NCBI GenBank assembly: GCA_951406725.2
Contig: OX597819.1
Span: 23,622,001-23,686,000 of the forward strand
DNA from: Octopus vulgaris
Taxonomy: Eukaryota
DNA length: 64,000 nt
Direction of reading: 5' to 3'
Shown: positions 36,190-49,098 of the stretch, piece by piece
How positions within the stretch are numbered: position 1 is the stretch's first letter
How the letters are laid out: every line of letters starts with the position of its first letter
The notes under the pieces: model-generated
Databases searched by the model: none
What the model saw: only the letters and a program-made list of their open reading frames with translations
Told to the model about the DNA's origin: nothing
Made by a program: the position numbers and the translations under genes

Positions 36190-36553
36190 AAACAAGAATA
36201 CTCGGAGAGCGCAAAACTTCGTCAAGGCAGCATCAACCTCCTCTCAACGATTAACCGGAGATGATTTTTAAGATGAGAATATCTGAAATAAACTCGATTG
36301 CTCTCACAAACGAGAATACTAAAAATGAACTCAACCGCTCTCAAAAATTAACTAAAAAAAAAAAAAAAAAACTGAAAAATAATCCAGAATCCTTGTCCGG
36401 TTCCGGATCGATACCAAAATCAAATCTAATCAGTTTGTACCAGTCACTAGGCCAAACATCCCTGAAAGTTTTATCCGAATCCATCAAGCGGTTCTTGAGA
36501 TAACAAACACGACTGAAAACAATACCTCCGACTTAACGAAGACGGACGTAATG
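36190..36553 (-). mobile_element. Helentron-associated (HINE/DINE-1-like) non-autonomous element
   Basis: Minus strand ATTACGTCCG..CGGAGGTATTGTTTTC start and TTTGCGCTCTCCGAGTATTCTTGT end resemble Helentron subterminal repeats and 3' hairpin. Confidence 0.6.
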
Positions 36554-36623
36554 ATACAATTACTATATAGAAGACGCGTATTAGTCATTTAAAGATACAC
36601 AAAAACTGCTAACTTCCATTTAA

Positions 36624-36844
36624 CCTTCTAGCATTCAGATTATTCAGTTCAAATGCAGTGCTTAGTTATTCGCATTATTTTCAATTAATTATGCATTGTC
36701 TCATAGCTTCGAGACTTTGATGACGTGATTGTTTATTTTTAGAATGGTATTGTAGGGTAAGTGTGAGAGTCCGGATCTGTCCAGATTGAACATAAAGCTG
36801 GCAGGAAACTTGGGGGAGGTACGACCAGTTTAGATGCTAAAGGG
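36624..36844. mobile_element. piggyBac-type MITE
   Basis: TTAA on both sides; TIR CCTTCTAGCAT / ATGCTAAAGGG. Confidence 0.8.
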
Positions 36845-36939
36845 TTAAGCATTTATTATTTGGCGTCAAAGGTTTCGTCAAACCATATCGCAGGCGCGTG
36901 TGTGTCGTGTGTGTGTGTGTGTAAATATATATATATATG

Positions 36940-37131
36940 CGTGTGTCTTTGTGTTTGTGTTTGTCCCGCACCCATCGCTTGACAACCGATGCTGGTGTGT
37001 TTACATCCTCATAACTTAGTTCAGCATAAAAGTCTCATAGAATAACCCCTGGGGTCGATTTCTGCGACTAAAAAAAAAACCCTTTAAGGCGGTGCTCCAG
37101 CATGGCCGCAGCCAGCTAACTGAAACAAGTA
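36940..37131 (+). mobile_element. SINE family A, 3' half
   Basis: CATCGCTTGACAACCGATGCTGGTGTG..GGCGGTGCTCCAGCATGGCCGC. Confidence 0.82.
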
Positions 37132-37725
37132 ACACCAACTGCGAACTAGTAACTGACGTAATTCCACAGCATATATAGGTTCGAGGACTATAAATTTTTG
37201 TTCTTTTTATGTAGGTCACTCGTTCTCGTTGGGTGCGTGTAGTTGGTAAGTTAACTCAATATTTGATTGTATTTTAAGTACCCTCTTTTTTTTTTTACCA
37301 TCTCCCTTCCTTTGGTATGGTATATAGTGAATTTTTTCAAGAGTAAGTATACCTCCGAAATTCTAAGTAATAGATATTTTACAAATGTTTTGACTCTGTA
37401 ACACCCATATACTTTAAATAAATTTTTTCAGTGATTTAAGTTTTAGCTGTTATAAGTAAATAGAGAGTAAAAAAAATCATTGTTAATCTTCATAACTTTC
37501 ACTTCAATCGGGAGGAGATGAGCATTGGAATGGTAGAATATATTGTAGCCCAATGAATTGACAGAGTAGTAAGAGTAACAGATAGAATGTCTTGTCAAAT
37601 TTATTCCCGTTCTTTATGTTCTGAGTTCAAATTCCTGCGAAGTAAGCTTTGTATCTTTGCGGTGTCGAAAATAAAATACCAGTCCCAAAAGGTATCGGTG
37701 TCGATGGTAGCATTAGATTTTGTGT

Positions 37726-38113
37726 AGTGGAGGCGCAATGGCCCAGTGGTTAGGGCAGCGGACTCGCGGTCATAGGGTCGCGGTTTCGATTCCCAGACCG
37801 GGCGTTGTGAGTGTTTATTGAGCGAAAACACCTAAAAGCTCCACGAGGCTCCGGCAGGGGATGGTGGTGATCCCTGCTGTACTCTTTCACCACAACTTTC
37901 TCTCGCTCTTACTTCCTGTTTCTGTTGTACCTGTATTTCAAAGGGGCCAGCCTTGTCACTCTCTGTGTCACGCTGAATATCCCCGAGAACTACGTTAAGG
38001 GTGCACGTGTCTATGGAGTGCTCAGCCACTTACACGTTAATTTCACGAGCAGGCTGTTCCGTTGATTTGGATCAACCGGAACCCTCATCGTCGTAACCGA
38101 CGGAGTGCTTCCC
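37726..38113 (+). mobile_element. tRNA-derived SINE family C, full length, 12-bp TSD
   Basis: TSD TAGATTTTGTGT at 37714-37725 and 38114-38125. Confidence 0.93.
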
Positions 38114-38384
38114 TAGATTTTGTGTGATGATGGAACTAAACTTCCTATTCTAATCTATTCTTAGCTGTGGAATGTTGTTGAACAGTAACGCCATACTCTC
38201 TTAACCTAAGTGGCTGAACGCAATATGAATTGACTGGTTTTTTTTTAATTACTTCAGATACTTAGTGAGATATGCAGAAGTGGCTTGTTTTGAAGATGTG
38301 TTTCTTTTTTCTTTAAAAAATTTCTTGCTCGCTTTTATTAAAATAAATTTAATTTATGTCACATAGTAATAACAACTTAGACAT

Positions 38385-38857
38385 CGGGCTGGTAGAAACG
38401 TTAGCACGCCGGTCGAAATGCTTAGCGGTATTTCGTGTCTTTACATTCTGAGATCAAATTCCACCGAGGTCGACTTTGCCTTTCATCCTTTCGGGGTCGA
38501 TAAATTAAGTACCAGTTACGCACTGGGGTCGATATAATCGACTTAATCCGTTTGTCTCTCCTTGTTTGTCCTCTCTCTGTTTAGCCCCTTGTGGGTATTA
38601 AAGAAATAGATATAATCGACTTAATCTGTTTGTCTGTCCTCGTTTGTCCTATCTGTGTTTAGCCCCTTGTGGGTAATAAAGAAATTGGTATTTCGTGTCT
38701 TTACATTCTGAGATCAAATTCCACCGAGGTCGACTTTGCCTTTCATCCTTTGGGGGGTCGATGAATTAAGTACAAGCTGCGTACTGGTGTCGATCTAATC
38801 GACTGGCACCCTTCCCCAAAATTTCGAGTCTTGTGCCTAGTGTAGAAAGGAATAATG
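38385..38857 (+). mobile_element. SINE family B array (two long tails, final short tail)
   Basis: Restarts at GATATAATCGAC (38609) and GGTATTTCG (38687). Confidence 0.9.
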
Positions 38858-40204
38858 AAGGGCGATTGTACAATTTGCATGAAAGTGCTTTCTGTTGTAA
38901 AGAAGGATCAGAAACTATGTATTGTTTCATCGTATAAAAGAGGGTTAATACGCTTTTGTCCAGAAATACCGTTTTCAATATTTAAATTTCCCCCTATCCC
39001 CACCGCAATTTCTTAATTTGTAACATTTTTCGAAGTTTTTTGTTGTCTACGTAGACAAATAGAGATTACGAATCTGGGAAATACATACATACATACATAC
39101 ATACATACATACATACATACATACATACATACATACATACATACATACATACATACATACATTCATACATACATGCATGCATACATACATACATATATAC
39201 ATATATATATATATACATTTTTTATAGTGTAAATTTTTCTTAAAGAAACACTCAATGCTCCTCCCTCCACCTCGCCCACCTATCAACTACCAGCTTCCAA
39301 AAAGCTGAAATCTCCCAATCTTTCACTTTTTGCTGATGTTTCCCGCATGTGTAGGATTCTACTGAAATAGAATTAAAAAATAGCAGACCACCACCAAAAA
39401 ACCCCGACATGCCAGAAACAACAGGTAAACGACATTATTTTTGAAGAAACTTCTCCGTTTTTCAAAAAGCTAAAAGTGAAATATTGGGAGTCTGTAGCTT
39501 TTTGAAAGTGGTGAGGTGATGGGGGTAAAATTCTTAAAAATTCATGCTCTCTGTTTTTTCTCCATGAATTACAAAAAAAAAAAAAAAAAATTTGAAAAAA
39601 GTAAAAAAAATAAATTTGGTGTGGAGAGAGAGAAAATAAAAATATTGAGAACGTATTTTGAGGGTGAAATCGTAATCTCCCATATCGCAAACATAGGATT
39701 CGGAAGAAATTTAGGAAAAAACTAAGGGGGAGACGGAAATGTCTCCTCGGACATGCCAGAAAGAAGAGATAAAGGTCAGGTTTTCTGGGAAATCTTCCTT
39801 TTAAGTCTATATCGAAGATCAGGTTTTTAAGTATGCTGATCGTAAGCACAAATTACACAATAGAAAAATATTTCAAGATCATGTAAATTTGCGCGTGCAC
39901 ACTGCAAGAAATAACATAATTCGCACAGAAGTTTTACCTTGAGTGTGTGTATGTGTGTCAAGGGAAGTTATTATATGGCATTATGTCGTTTGAAAAAGCA
40001 AAGTTGTCAACTCGATGTATATGGGATCATATGATTGTTTGTGAATTTCCGCAAAATTGCTTTGATTTCTGTATGCTTTGAAGAGAGCAGAAGTTGAAAG
40101 AGAGGATAAAGTGAAAAAGCGACATTTGCTTTGAAGTGAGAGGAGAAAGTAAAAGAAAGGAGAAAGTGTAGGATGTACGTTATATGAAATGGACGTGTGT
40201 ATGT

Positions 40205-40241
<37 letters not shown>

Positions 40242-40325
40242 TGAGAGTGAGTGAGGGAAGGTGTGTGTTGTGACGTGTGAATTTTTTGGCATGTATAAGT
40301 GGCATTCACTCGCTCTCTCTCTCTA

Positions 40326-40368
<43 letters not shown>

Positions 40369-40500
40369 TTTCATACACACGTACATAGCGGAGGGAAAGA
40401 ATACGTATACCACCCGTTTTCGGCGTAAACACCGGGAGTGCGTATTCTTTATCTTCACTCATAAGTACATATGCATATATCTTTTTGTGCGAGAGAGAGA

Positions 40501-40545
<45 letters not shown>

Positions 40546-41094
40546 TGTGTGTGTGTGTGTGTGTGTGCGAATGTATTTCCTCATAACATATAGAAAAATG
40601 GATGTCTTTTCAGTTATTTTTGGTTGTGGCTTATTTTAATACAATATTTATGTGTACATTTTCATAAATGTTTGACTGAGTAGAATTCTACGCATGCGTG
40701 AAACATCGGCCGAAAGTGAAACATTGGAAGCAAGTCGAAATATTGTCCGATTATGACCCGAAATTGTGTGACCCAACGTAGTTGCCGAAATTATTTTAAT
40801 TATAAAAAAAGAGTTGTTGAGTCAAAAACATAGTTTATTTGGTAGAGAAATAATAAGCAGGTTTCTTTACTATAATACAGATGGGACTAATTCTGAGAAA
40901 CATTACTTTCATTATTCACACATCGTCACTCTTGTAATGCAACACTGTAATTTCGGTTCAAATTGAAAGTATGAAACTATTTTCATTTTCTAATGAAACT
41001 TGGTCGTTGTAGAGAAGTGTATTTGAAATAACCATAGCTGGTTATTGAGATATCGTAGAAAATATGTAAATGAAAATAAAGTTTATTTGAAATG

Positions 41095-41400
41095 TGTAAT
41101 TGATTTGATTGTTCTGGTCTTAACATCAGTTGGTAAGAATAGAAGTCATCTGACGACACCTTTTTGTTTGTAATTGGCTATCTTGTTGCAGGTTCAATCC
41201 ATAGAATATTGAAATGATACCCATCTTGTCCATTCCACAGAATAAGAGTATACCGGAGAGCATGATAAGAGGGATGAGTCTGTGAAACATGTTTAAGGTT
41301 GCTATCTCGGGCACGAATGAGAATTTCACGATTTTCATGGGGATCACCAACCGTAAGGATGGCTACTTCATTAGATGTGGGCTCATTAAAACAGCGTAAA
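41095..41400 (-). pseudogene. Helitron Rep/helicase coding fragment
   Basis: Manual translation RCFNEPTSNEVAILTVGD..REILIRAR..VSQTHPSYHALRYTLILWNGQDGYHF..KKVSSDDFYSYQLMLR with one stop; resembles RepHel N-terminal motifs (FNxPT.EVA, H.SYDALQYPL..W.G.DG). Confidence 0.85.
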
Positions 41401-42611
41401 ATGTCCTTTACTATAGTTTACTATAGACGTAAGGAAAGCAGAAACACACTCATAGAATTGATAATATTGAAAACAGCAAAATGTACACATACGAAGTTCA
41501 AGCGAAACGAAATGTAGTCCATACAGGTGCAAAACATATATTCTGTAGCTTAGTTATGTTATAAAAAAAGGAAAGTCACCAATTTAGCAAATTGTCACCT
41601 ATGCGACTCCAATGTAACAAAGTACAGAAAGTGAACATTTATTTGGAGCATGTAGTAAATGTTATAAAATTCACGATTGAATATCACGGTGAAGAAAGTG
41701 AAAGTCGAAGAAAATTCAGAAGGCATGATTCAGTTTTTCATACAAAATTAATTTATTTCACAATTTTGAAACGAACGCTGAACGAAGGTGTATAGAAAGG
41801 AAGATGCTATTGTACCGTTAATTTAAAATATTTGCTGAAGGATGTATATTGTAAGATATAGATAAATTTGACATTACAACATTTTTTTAAACTGTGTAAC
41901 GTTTATAGGCTAAAGAATAGATACTGACTAACGCAGTAAAAAGGTTGTGCGACGTTGATATTCACAGTGATGAAGAATACAAGGACTATAAAAAAAAAAC
42001 ATTATCTTGAAACTGGTTAGAAGGAGTGGAATAATATTTCTGTAATTATACTGAAAGATCCGCTGAGGCTTTCTATTTCGCCAAGTTTCCGAATTTGTTA
42101 TAAGCAGAATAACATTTTTTGTCCAGATAATATTAGCGACTATTGTGAGTGGCGTTAAATCAACCAAATTTTCATACTGGTAGTACTTCAAAGTTCGTTT
42201 CAGCCCGTTTCACTGTTGGGTGGAAGAAAGTTACATACATAAACTAAGACACACACGTACATTAACGCACACCTGAAGCCTATCTCTGTCCCTGTGTGTG
42301 TTGGTCGTCACAAAATGTATATATACTGACAGATACATACAACGTCACACACATACTTGCCAGTCATCGGCCTAACTTAGGTAACGAACGCGCGAACACA
42401 CTCATATAGAAAATGTGCCGTCATTGTCGTTATGGTAGTGATATAAAATGTCGTTTGCGATAGGTGACTAAAAGAAAAAGACAATATTAAATTTTTGTAA
42501 TGCAAATATGTGAATGAAAATAGAGTTTATTTGGTAGCCAAAAGTGTACTGAATTTTTTGATACCCCATACGTCAAACTCGGCAACTATGGTTTTGGAAT
42601 GCATAAGGAAC

Positions 42612-42692
<81 letters not shown>

Positions 42693-42699
42693 AACTCTA

Positions 42700-42741
<42 letters not shown>

Positions 42742-42837
42742 CGAATTTAAAGTTTAAGAATTAAGGTTTAGAAAGTAGGCGTTAAATGCAGTATCCAAAC
42801 CTTACTTCAGAGTTAGTCCCAGGTAGTGTGTCTGCGG

Positions 42838-42923
42838 AGCACGTTCACGGCTTAATGTGTTATTACATCATTCCACGCCCACTAGGGAGCGGTGTAATAT
42901 GAAGCCGAAACGATTGTTGTGCT
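42838..42923 (+). ncRNA. Decayed type I hammerhead (CUGANGA box lost)
   Basis: AGCAC/GTGCT stem I, GGCTT/AAGCC stem II, GAAA-CGATTG-TT, followed by AATAAA. Confidence 0.5.
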
Positions 42924-43094
42924 AATAAATGCTTCAAGTTACACTACGCCTCCCGTATTAATCTTTTAAAATACATGCATACATACACACATACATACAT
43001 ACATACATACATACATACATACATACATACATACATACATACATACATACATACATACATACATACATACACATACACACACACACATACACAC

Positions 43095-43245
43095 ACGACG
43101 GGCGTCCATGCAGTTTTTGTCTACCAGATTTACAAACAAGGCACTGGTCGATCCACATTTACCGGTAGAAGACACTTGCCGCGTCGTGGGATTGAGCACA
43201 AAACCACGTGGTTGTAAAGCGAGCTTCTTAACTATAGAGCCATGG
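43095..43245 (-). mobile_element. SINE family A, degenerate 5' half
   Basis: ACGACGGGCG..TAGAAGACACTTGCC..GTGGGATTGAGC. Confidence 0.75.
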
Positions 43246-43479
43246 CTGGAACCAGTAAAAGAGTAAAAGACCACATGGGTTGTGGTTTTGTTAATTGGTG
43301 CCACGTTACATTCTTGAAATCTCTTCGCCTGGGCGGTTAATCCACTGGAAATGATGTCTTCTGCTCTCTGGTTAATTTAATGCTTCGTGCCTTTTTTTTT
43401 ATTGTTGTGTTGTATTGTTGTTATGTTTGTTGTTTATTGACTTCGCCCTGTATCTTTATATGAGAGGGTGGGGGACTGA

Positions 43480-44393
43480 GGTTGAGTGAAATAGAGAGAT
43501 ATACAGGGGAATGAGATTGAGAGGTAGAGAGAGGTACTGAGTGTATGAGAGAGAGAGAGAGAGAGAGAGTGAGAGTCGATGAGAGAGAAAGAGGAGTAAA
43601 GAAAAAGAAAATGTGTTTGTGAGTGAGAAAGAGAGAGAGAGAGAATGAGAAGCGCAAAGAAAGAGAGAAAGTTAGAGTGAACGAGAGAGAGAAAGAGTGA
43701 GCGAGAGGGAGGGAGGGACAGAGAGAAAGAGAGAGAGAGAGAGAGAGAGGGGGAAAGATTAAAAATATTTCCCCTTTGATTCTCTGTTAAATTTGAAGTT
43801 TCCTTTTTTTTTATTACTATGTCGCCGCCCAGTCATTTTAAATGAGAGAGAAAGAGAGAGAGACAGAGACAGAGAGTGAGTGAGAGAGAGTGAGAGAGAG
43901 TGAGAAAGATAAAGAGAGAGAGTGTGAGAGAGAGGAATTGAGAGATCAAGTGAGAAAGGGCTGTAAGTCTTCTGAGAGGTGAGCGACAGAGATTTGAAGG
44001 TATAAGAGAGAAAGTGAGGGAGAGATTAGGAGTGAGAGAGAGATTAAGAGAGGAGAGAGAGAGAGAGAGAGAGAGCATGTGTGGGAGGAAGGGAGAAGAG
44101 AAGAGAGTTGAGTGGGTGAGTAAGAGGAAGAAAGAGAGAGAAAGAGAGATGAGGAGTTAGTAGGAAAGTGAAAGAGAGAGAGAGAGAGAGAGAGAGAAAG
44201 AAAAAGAAAGAGCGAAATAGGGAAAGAGACAGAGAGATGTACACACAGTCAGTGAATGAGAGAGGCTGAATGCGAGATATAGATAGAGAGAAAGAGAGAG
44301 AAAGAGAGAAAAAGAAGATAGAAAAAGATAGAGAGAGCTAGGGAGGGAAGGAGATGAATAGATATATAGCTAGATAGAGATAATGATAGATAG

Positions 44394-44456
<63 letters not shown>

Positions 44457-44505
44457 CAGAGAGAGACAGACAGAAAGCGAAAGAGAGAGAGAGAGCAAAC
44501 GAGAG
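43480..44505. repeat. (GA)n-rich low-complexity region
   Basis: Direct inspection. Confidence 0.9.
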
Positions 44506-44678
44506 CGTATGTATAATTAATATAAGCAATATGGTTTTCGTTGTTTATTAACGTTTTTAATATTGTGTCAAAAACGCAACCATTTGTAAAACGACTATTT
44601 ATGCATCTGTATTATAGTCAATGCGTGTATGTGTGTTTGCGCATGCTTATACAACGTTCTAAATCTGTGTGTGAATGT

Positions 44679-44739
<61 letters not shown>

Positions 44740-45039
44740 GGCATCAATGAGAAAGCATGTGTATTGTATGTATGCATGTATGTATTGCCCCACGCAAATA
44801 TGTGTCGGTTGTATTTGTATACCGGTGGGACACATGGGTATGTGTGTGTGTGTGTGTGGTTTAGTTCAATTGGTATAGCAGTAGACAGAAGTAGCTGTGT
44901 GCATATGCGTGCGCATGTAGATTGTACTGAGGTATGTACACACCACATGCGTATACAAACGCATATCTATATACACATGTGTACATACGCATGAATATAT
45001 TTATAATCACATACGAATGTGTACATGTATGTGTGTATG

Positions 45040-45495
<456 letters not shown>

Positions 45496-45611
45496 CCAAA
45501 CAAATATATGTGTATATGTATACTGTTGAGTTAATCACTCAGTGATTGTGTTGTGTGTGCGCTAACTGTACTAAGATATAGGCACTCACGTGCACACATA
45601 CGCACACAACA

Positions 45612-45661
<50 letters not shown>

Positions 45662-45873
45662 CACCACACACGACACCGATTATTTTGTTTTTGTACCCAT
45701 GTGTATGCGTCCGTGATTGAATGTGTAGGTTTATGCGTTGTAATATCGCTGAAGGTGTTGTGTATAGAGTGTCTAGTTATCTGTCCCGGGAGAAACATTA
45801 ACTGCCATTTAAGGCCGCAGATTAATTTGAACTAGAAGTGAGAAATCTCTCATGATGTGTGTTCTGCACTCAC

Positions 45874-46093
45874 ACAATTATTTTCTCTCACACACCAAAT
45901 CTTGTCTTCAAAAAAGTTTTGTTTTTTAAAATTTAACCCTGAAGCAGGGGCTGTGCATTCAGCCTTAAGAAGCGGGCGCAAAGCAACTCGGTCCGGTAAA
46001 ATTGATTTAGTTAAAGTTTTTTCTTGAGCAAGTCGAGAGTTGCCCAGGCAAAAATATATGCAAGAAGCGAATTCCAGAGGAGGTGTCAACATC
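45874..46093 (-). other. Candidate 220-bp exon, product unrecognised
   Basis: Acceptor TCTTTTTTCTCTCCAG|G, donor TGT|GTGAGT, one frame open throughout, non-repetitive. Confidence 0.3.
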
Positions 46094-46449
46094 CTGGAGA
46101 GAAAAAAGATGGGCGTGGTGATTAATGTGTGTTTTAAGTGGTGGCGGCGATGAACACTATAAGGAGCGACGAACGGAATGGTGGGAATATGTCAGGAGCG
46201 CTTTGGTGGAGTTTGTACATGATCAACGAGTACCGAAGAACAGAGACAAAGGTGGTTGACAACGCAGAGAGGAAGCAGTACATAGATGAAATGTGATGGA
46301 GGGAAGTTTCGTAATCGGATGGTCATTCCTTGGAAGTTCTCTTGGATATCTATCCTTGGAGTTTTCCCGTTTGTGACTGAAAAAAAACAGCGCTTTTTCC
46401 AATTTCAGGACATTTATAGCTTTTAGATTTATTGCACACAAAGTTGAGA

Positions 46450-46777
46450 AAGGCGCATGGCTTAGTGGTTAGGGGATTCGGTTCACGATCGTAAGGTCGT
46501 GAGTTCGTTTCCCAGCGGCGCGTTATGCCCTTGAGCAAGACACTTTATTTCACGTCGCGCCTGTCTGCTTAGCAGGCAAAAAAAAAATGAGTTGTACTTA
46601 TAATTTAAAGGGGCCAGTCTTGTCACACTTTCTGTCCCGCTGAATCTCTCTGAAAACTATGTTACAGGTATGCGTGTCTGTGGAGTGCTCAGCAACTTGC
46701 ACGATTATTTCACGAGCAGGCTCTTCCGGTGATCGTGCCGACTGAAATACTCGTTGCCGTAACTGACGAAGTGCCAG
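46450..46777 (+). mobile_element. tRNA-derived SINE, family C-related
   Basis: GGCGCATGGCTTAGTGGTTAGGG..GAGTTCGTTTCCC head, shared body. Confidence 0.85.
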
Positions 46778-46851
46778 ATTTTATAGAAAGTTATTGAGTT
46801 CACAGAAATTGCAGTTTTCCAAACTTGATGGTCAGCGGTATTAGATTAGTT

Positions 46852-47087
46852 TTTAAGGCGGCGAGCTGGCAGAATCGTTAGCACGCCGGGCGAAATGCTT
46901 AGCGGTATTTCGTCTGCCGCTACGTTCTGAGTTCAAATTCCGCCGAGGTCGACTTTGCCTTTCATCCTTTCGAGGTCGATAAATTAAGTACCAGTTACGC
47001 ACTGGGGTCGATGTAATCGACTTAATACCTATGTCTGTCCTTGTTTGTCCCCTCTATGTTTAGCCCCTTGTGGGTAATAAAGAAATA
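46852..47087 (+). mobile_element. SINE family B monomer with long (Tx1-like) tail, 15-bp TSD
   Basis: TSD GGTATTAGATTAGTT at 46837-46851 and 47088-47102. Confidence 0.95.
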
Positions 47088-48656
47088 GGTATTAGATTAG
47101 TTAAATTGTTTTCTGAGATTGACTATGAAAAGTCAAAGTCAGTCTGGAGCCTACCCACTGAAAATGCAAAATTTTCTTCAAATAGGACGCCAATCCGTCA
47201 GCTGCCACCAGTACTCATTTTCAGTTGAGTGTACCAGAAAATCATGAAATGAAATTCCTTATATAAGGACGCGGCGTATTGCCCAGTCCGAAAATTGAAT
47301 TCGTGACCTATCGATCGTAATCCCAAACCATTGTGCTATGAGCCTTCACGAGCTCTACTATACATTTCTTTTATTACTTCAAAGAGGTTGGGTTAATGTC
47401 CATGATATTTCAAGTCTTCTCCAAGACTGATGCAGCCAATGTTCAACCTGAACGCACTTTAACTATTGAACTATAGACATGCTATCATTTCTTCACTTTT
47501 ATATCTCCTACCGTTACTGTTGTTGCCTCTTCACAGAGCTGGCTGGTTTTGTGTCATTGGCACTCGGGAACTCCTGTCTCACTCTTCACCCTTCGTCCCA
47601 CAAACCACTTTGTCCAGTACTTCTTCCAGGATGTCCTCAATTTCTCCCCGAGAGATATCTGCATGTCATTTACCCAATAAATACGAGAGTCTTTGTATGA
47701 GTCTTTAGCGAAGTAAAATCAATATGATGCGGCTGTTGGGGTCACGATCGATAGAAACCAATGTCTAAAATGAAGTAGATTTATTATCATTGATTAACCG
47801 ATATGCAATCTTTGATTATGAGGAAATTTTATAGCAAAAAAAGTTGCTAATTTAGCGTTTAAAGGACGATCTTAAATTAAACAGTCTTCATTAGAGCGTT
47901 GCTCTTAAGTGAGAATTCCATTTGATATTCGTTGGGTATATTGCTGCTGCTAGGGCGAGTTATGATTGGAAACACGCAAGACAGAAAGATCATTGACACA
48001 ACCCATGAGAAGCGCATGCAAACTCTTCGCTTCTCCTCTTGGTCAAAGTTTTTAGAAAATAATTAAAAAAGATTTTAAATTTCATATATTTGCCACAAAA
48101 CTTCAATTAGTTTAAGGAAGCAGCAACAGAAGATTAAAACATTTATATCTCCCTCCACCCGCATGAACAAGTATTTCCAACTGGGAATCGAAATTAGGTT
48201 GTTGAAAACTGAAGACGGCCAATCGTCTGTGTGAACCCAAGTGAAACGACAAATTTTTATTTTTTTAAAATTTGAATTAAATTTTTTCTTTTATTATTAT
48301 TATTTGAGTATTTTAAACTTTTCATTCCCTTGAAATTCTTCTGCTTTTTGTCACCCTCCTTTCTCATTTTCTTTAACACTAACAAAGAAATACATAAATA
48401 AACAAGGCACCCTTTATGGACTATACTCACCAGCGTTCTATTCAACGAGAAGGAAACGTTTGCCTAGTATTTTAATGGCATTTTATTACTCCCATATGGA
48501 GTGAAATCTATTTACACCCATTTTATTTCTTACCCTTTTTCTCTTCACATACTCCAACAACGAATCACTCCCTCTTCAATTAGCATTCTTTTTGTTATAA
48601 GACACGTTTCTTCCGTCTGTTTTATATCTCGTTTTCGCTCAAATTACTTCCTTCTC

Positions 48657-48748
<92 letters not shown>

Positions 48749-48806
48749 GCCTGCCTGCCTGCCTACCTACCTACCTACCTACCTACCTACCTACCTACCT
48801 ACTTAC

Positions 48807-48898
<92 letters not shown>
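48657..48898. repeat. (TATC)n compound microsatellite, left flank of Tx1 element
   Basis: Direct inspection. Confidence 0.95.
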
Positions 48899-49098
48899 TG
48901 ACGGATGTGATGTCGTTTCAGCTCCGAAGGTAATCGTTTATTTTGACTATTTATAGGCCAATTTTTGTGTACATTTTTGTAAATAAGGTGTGTAAGGCAC
49001 CCAACTTTCGTTTGAGTGCTTTTCCAAGGGAGGAATTCGCCCCTAGGGGCAGTTTCAACCCCATTTCATTTCTGTAATTTTCTTCTTGACATTAGAAA

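Noticed and set aside
39373-39849. 158-aa ORF and repeated GACATGCCAGAAA
   Set aside because: Low-complexity translation; repeat too short to define an element
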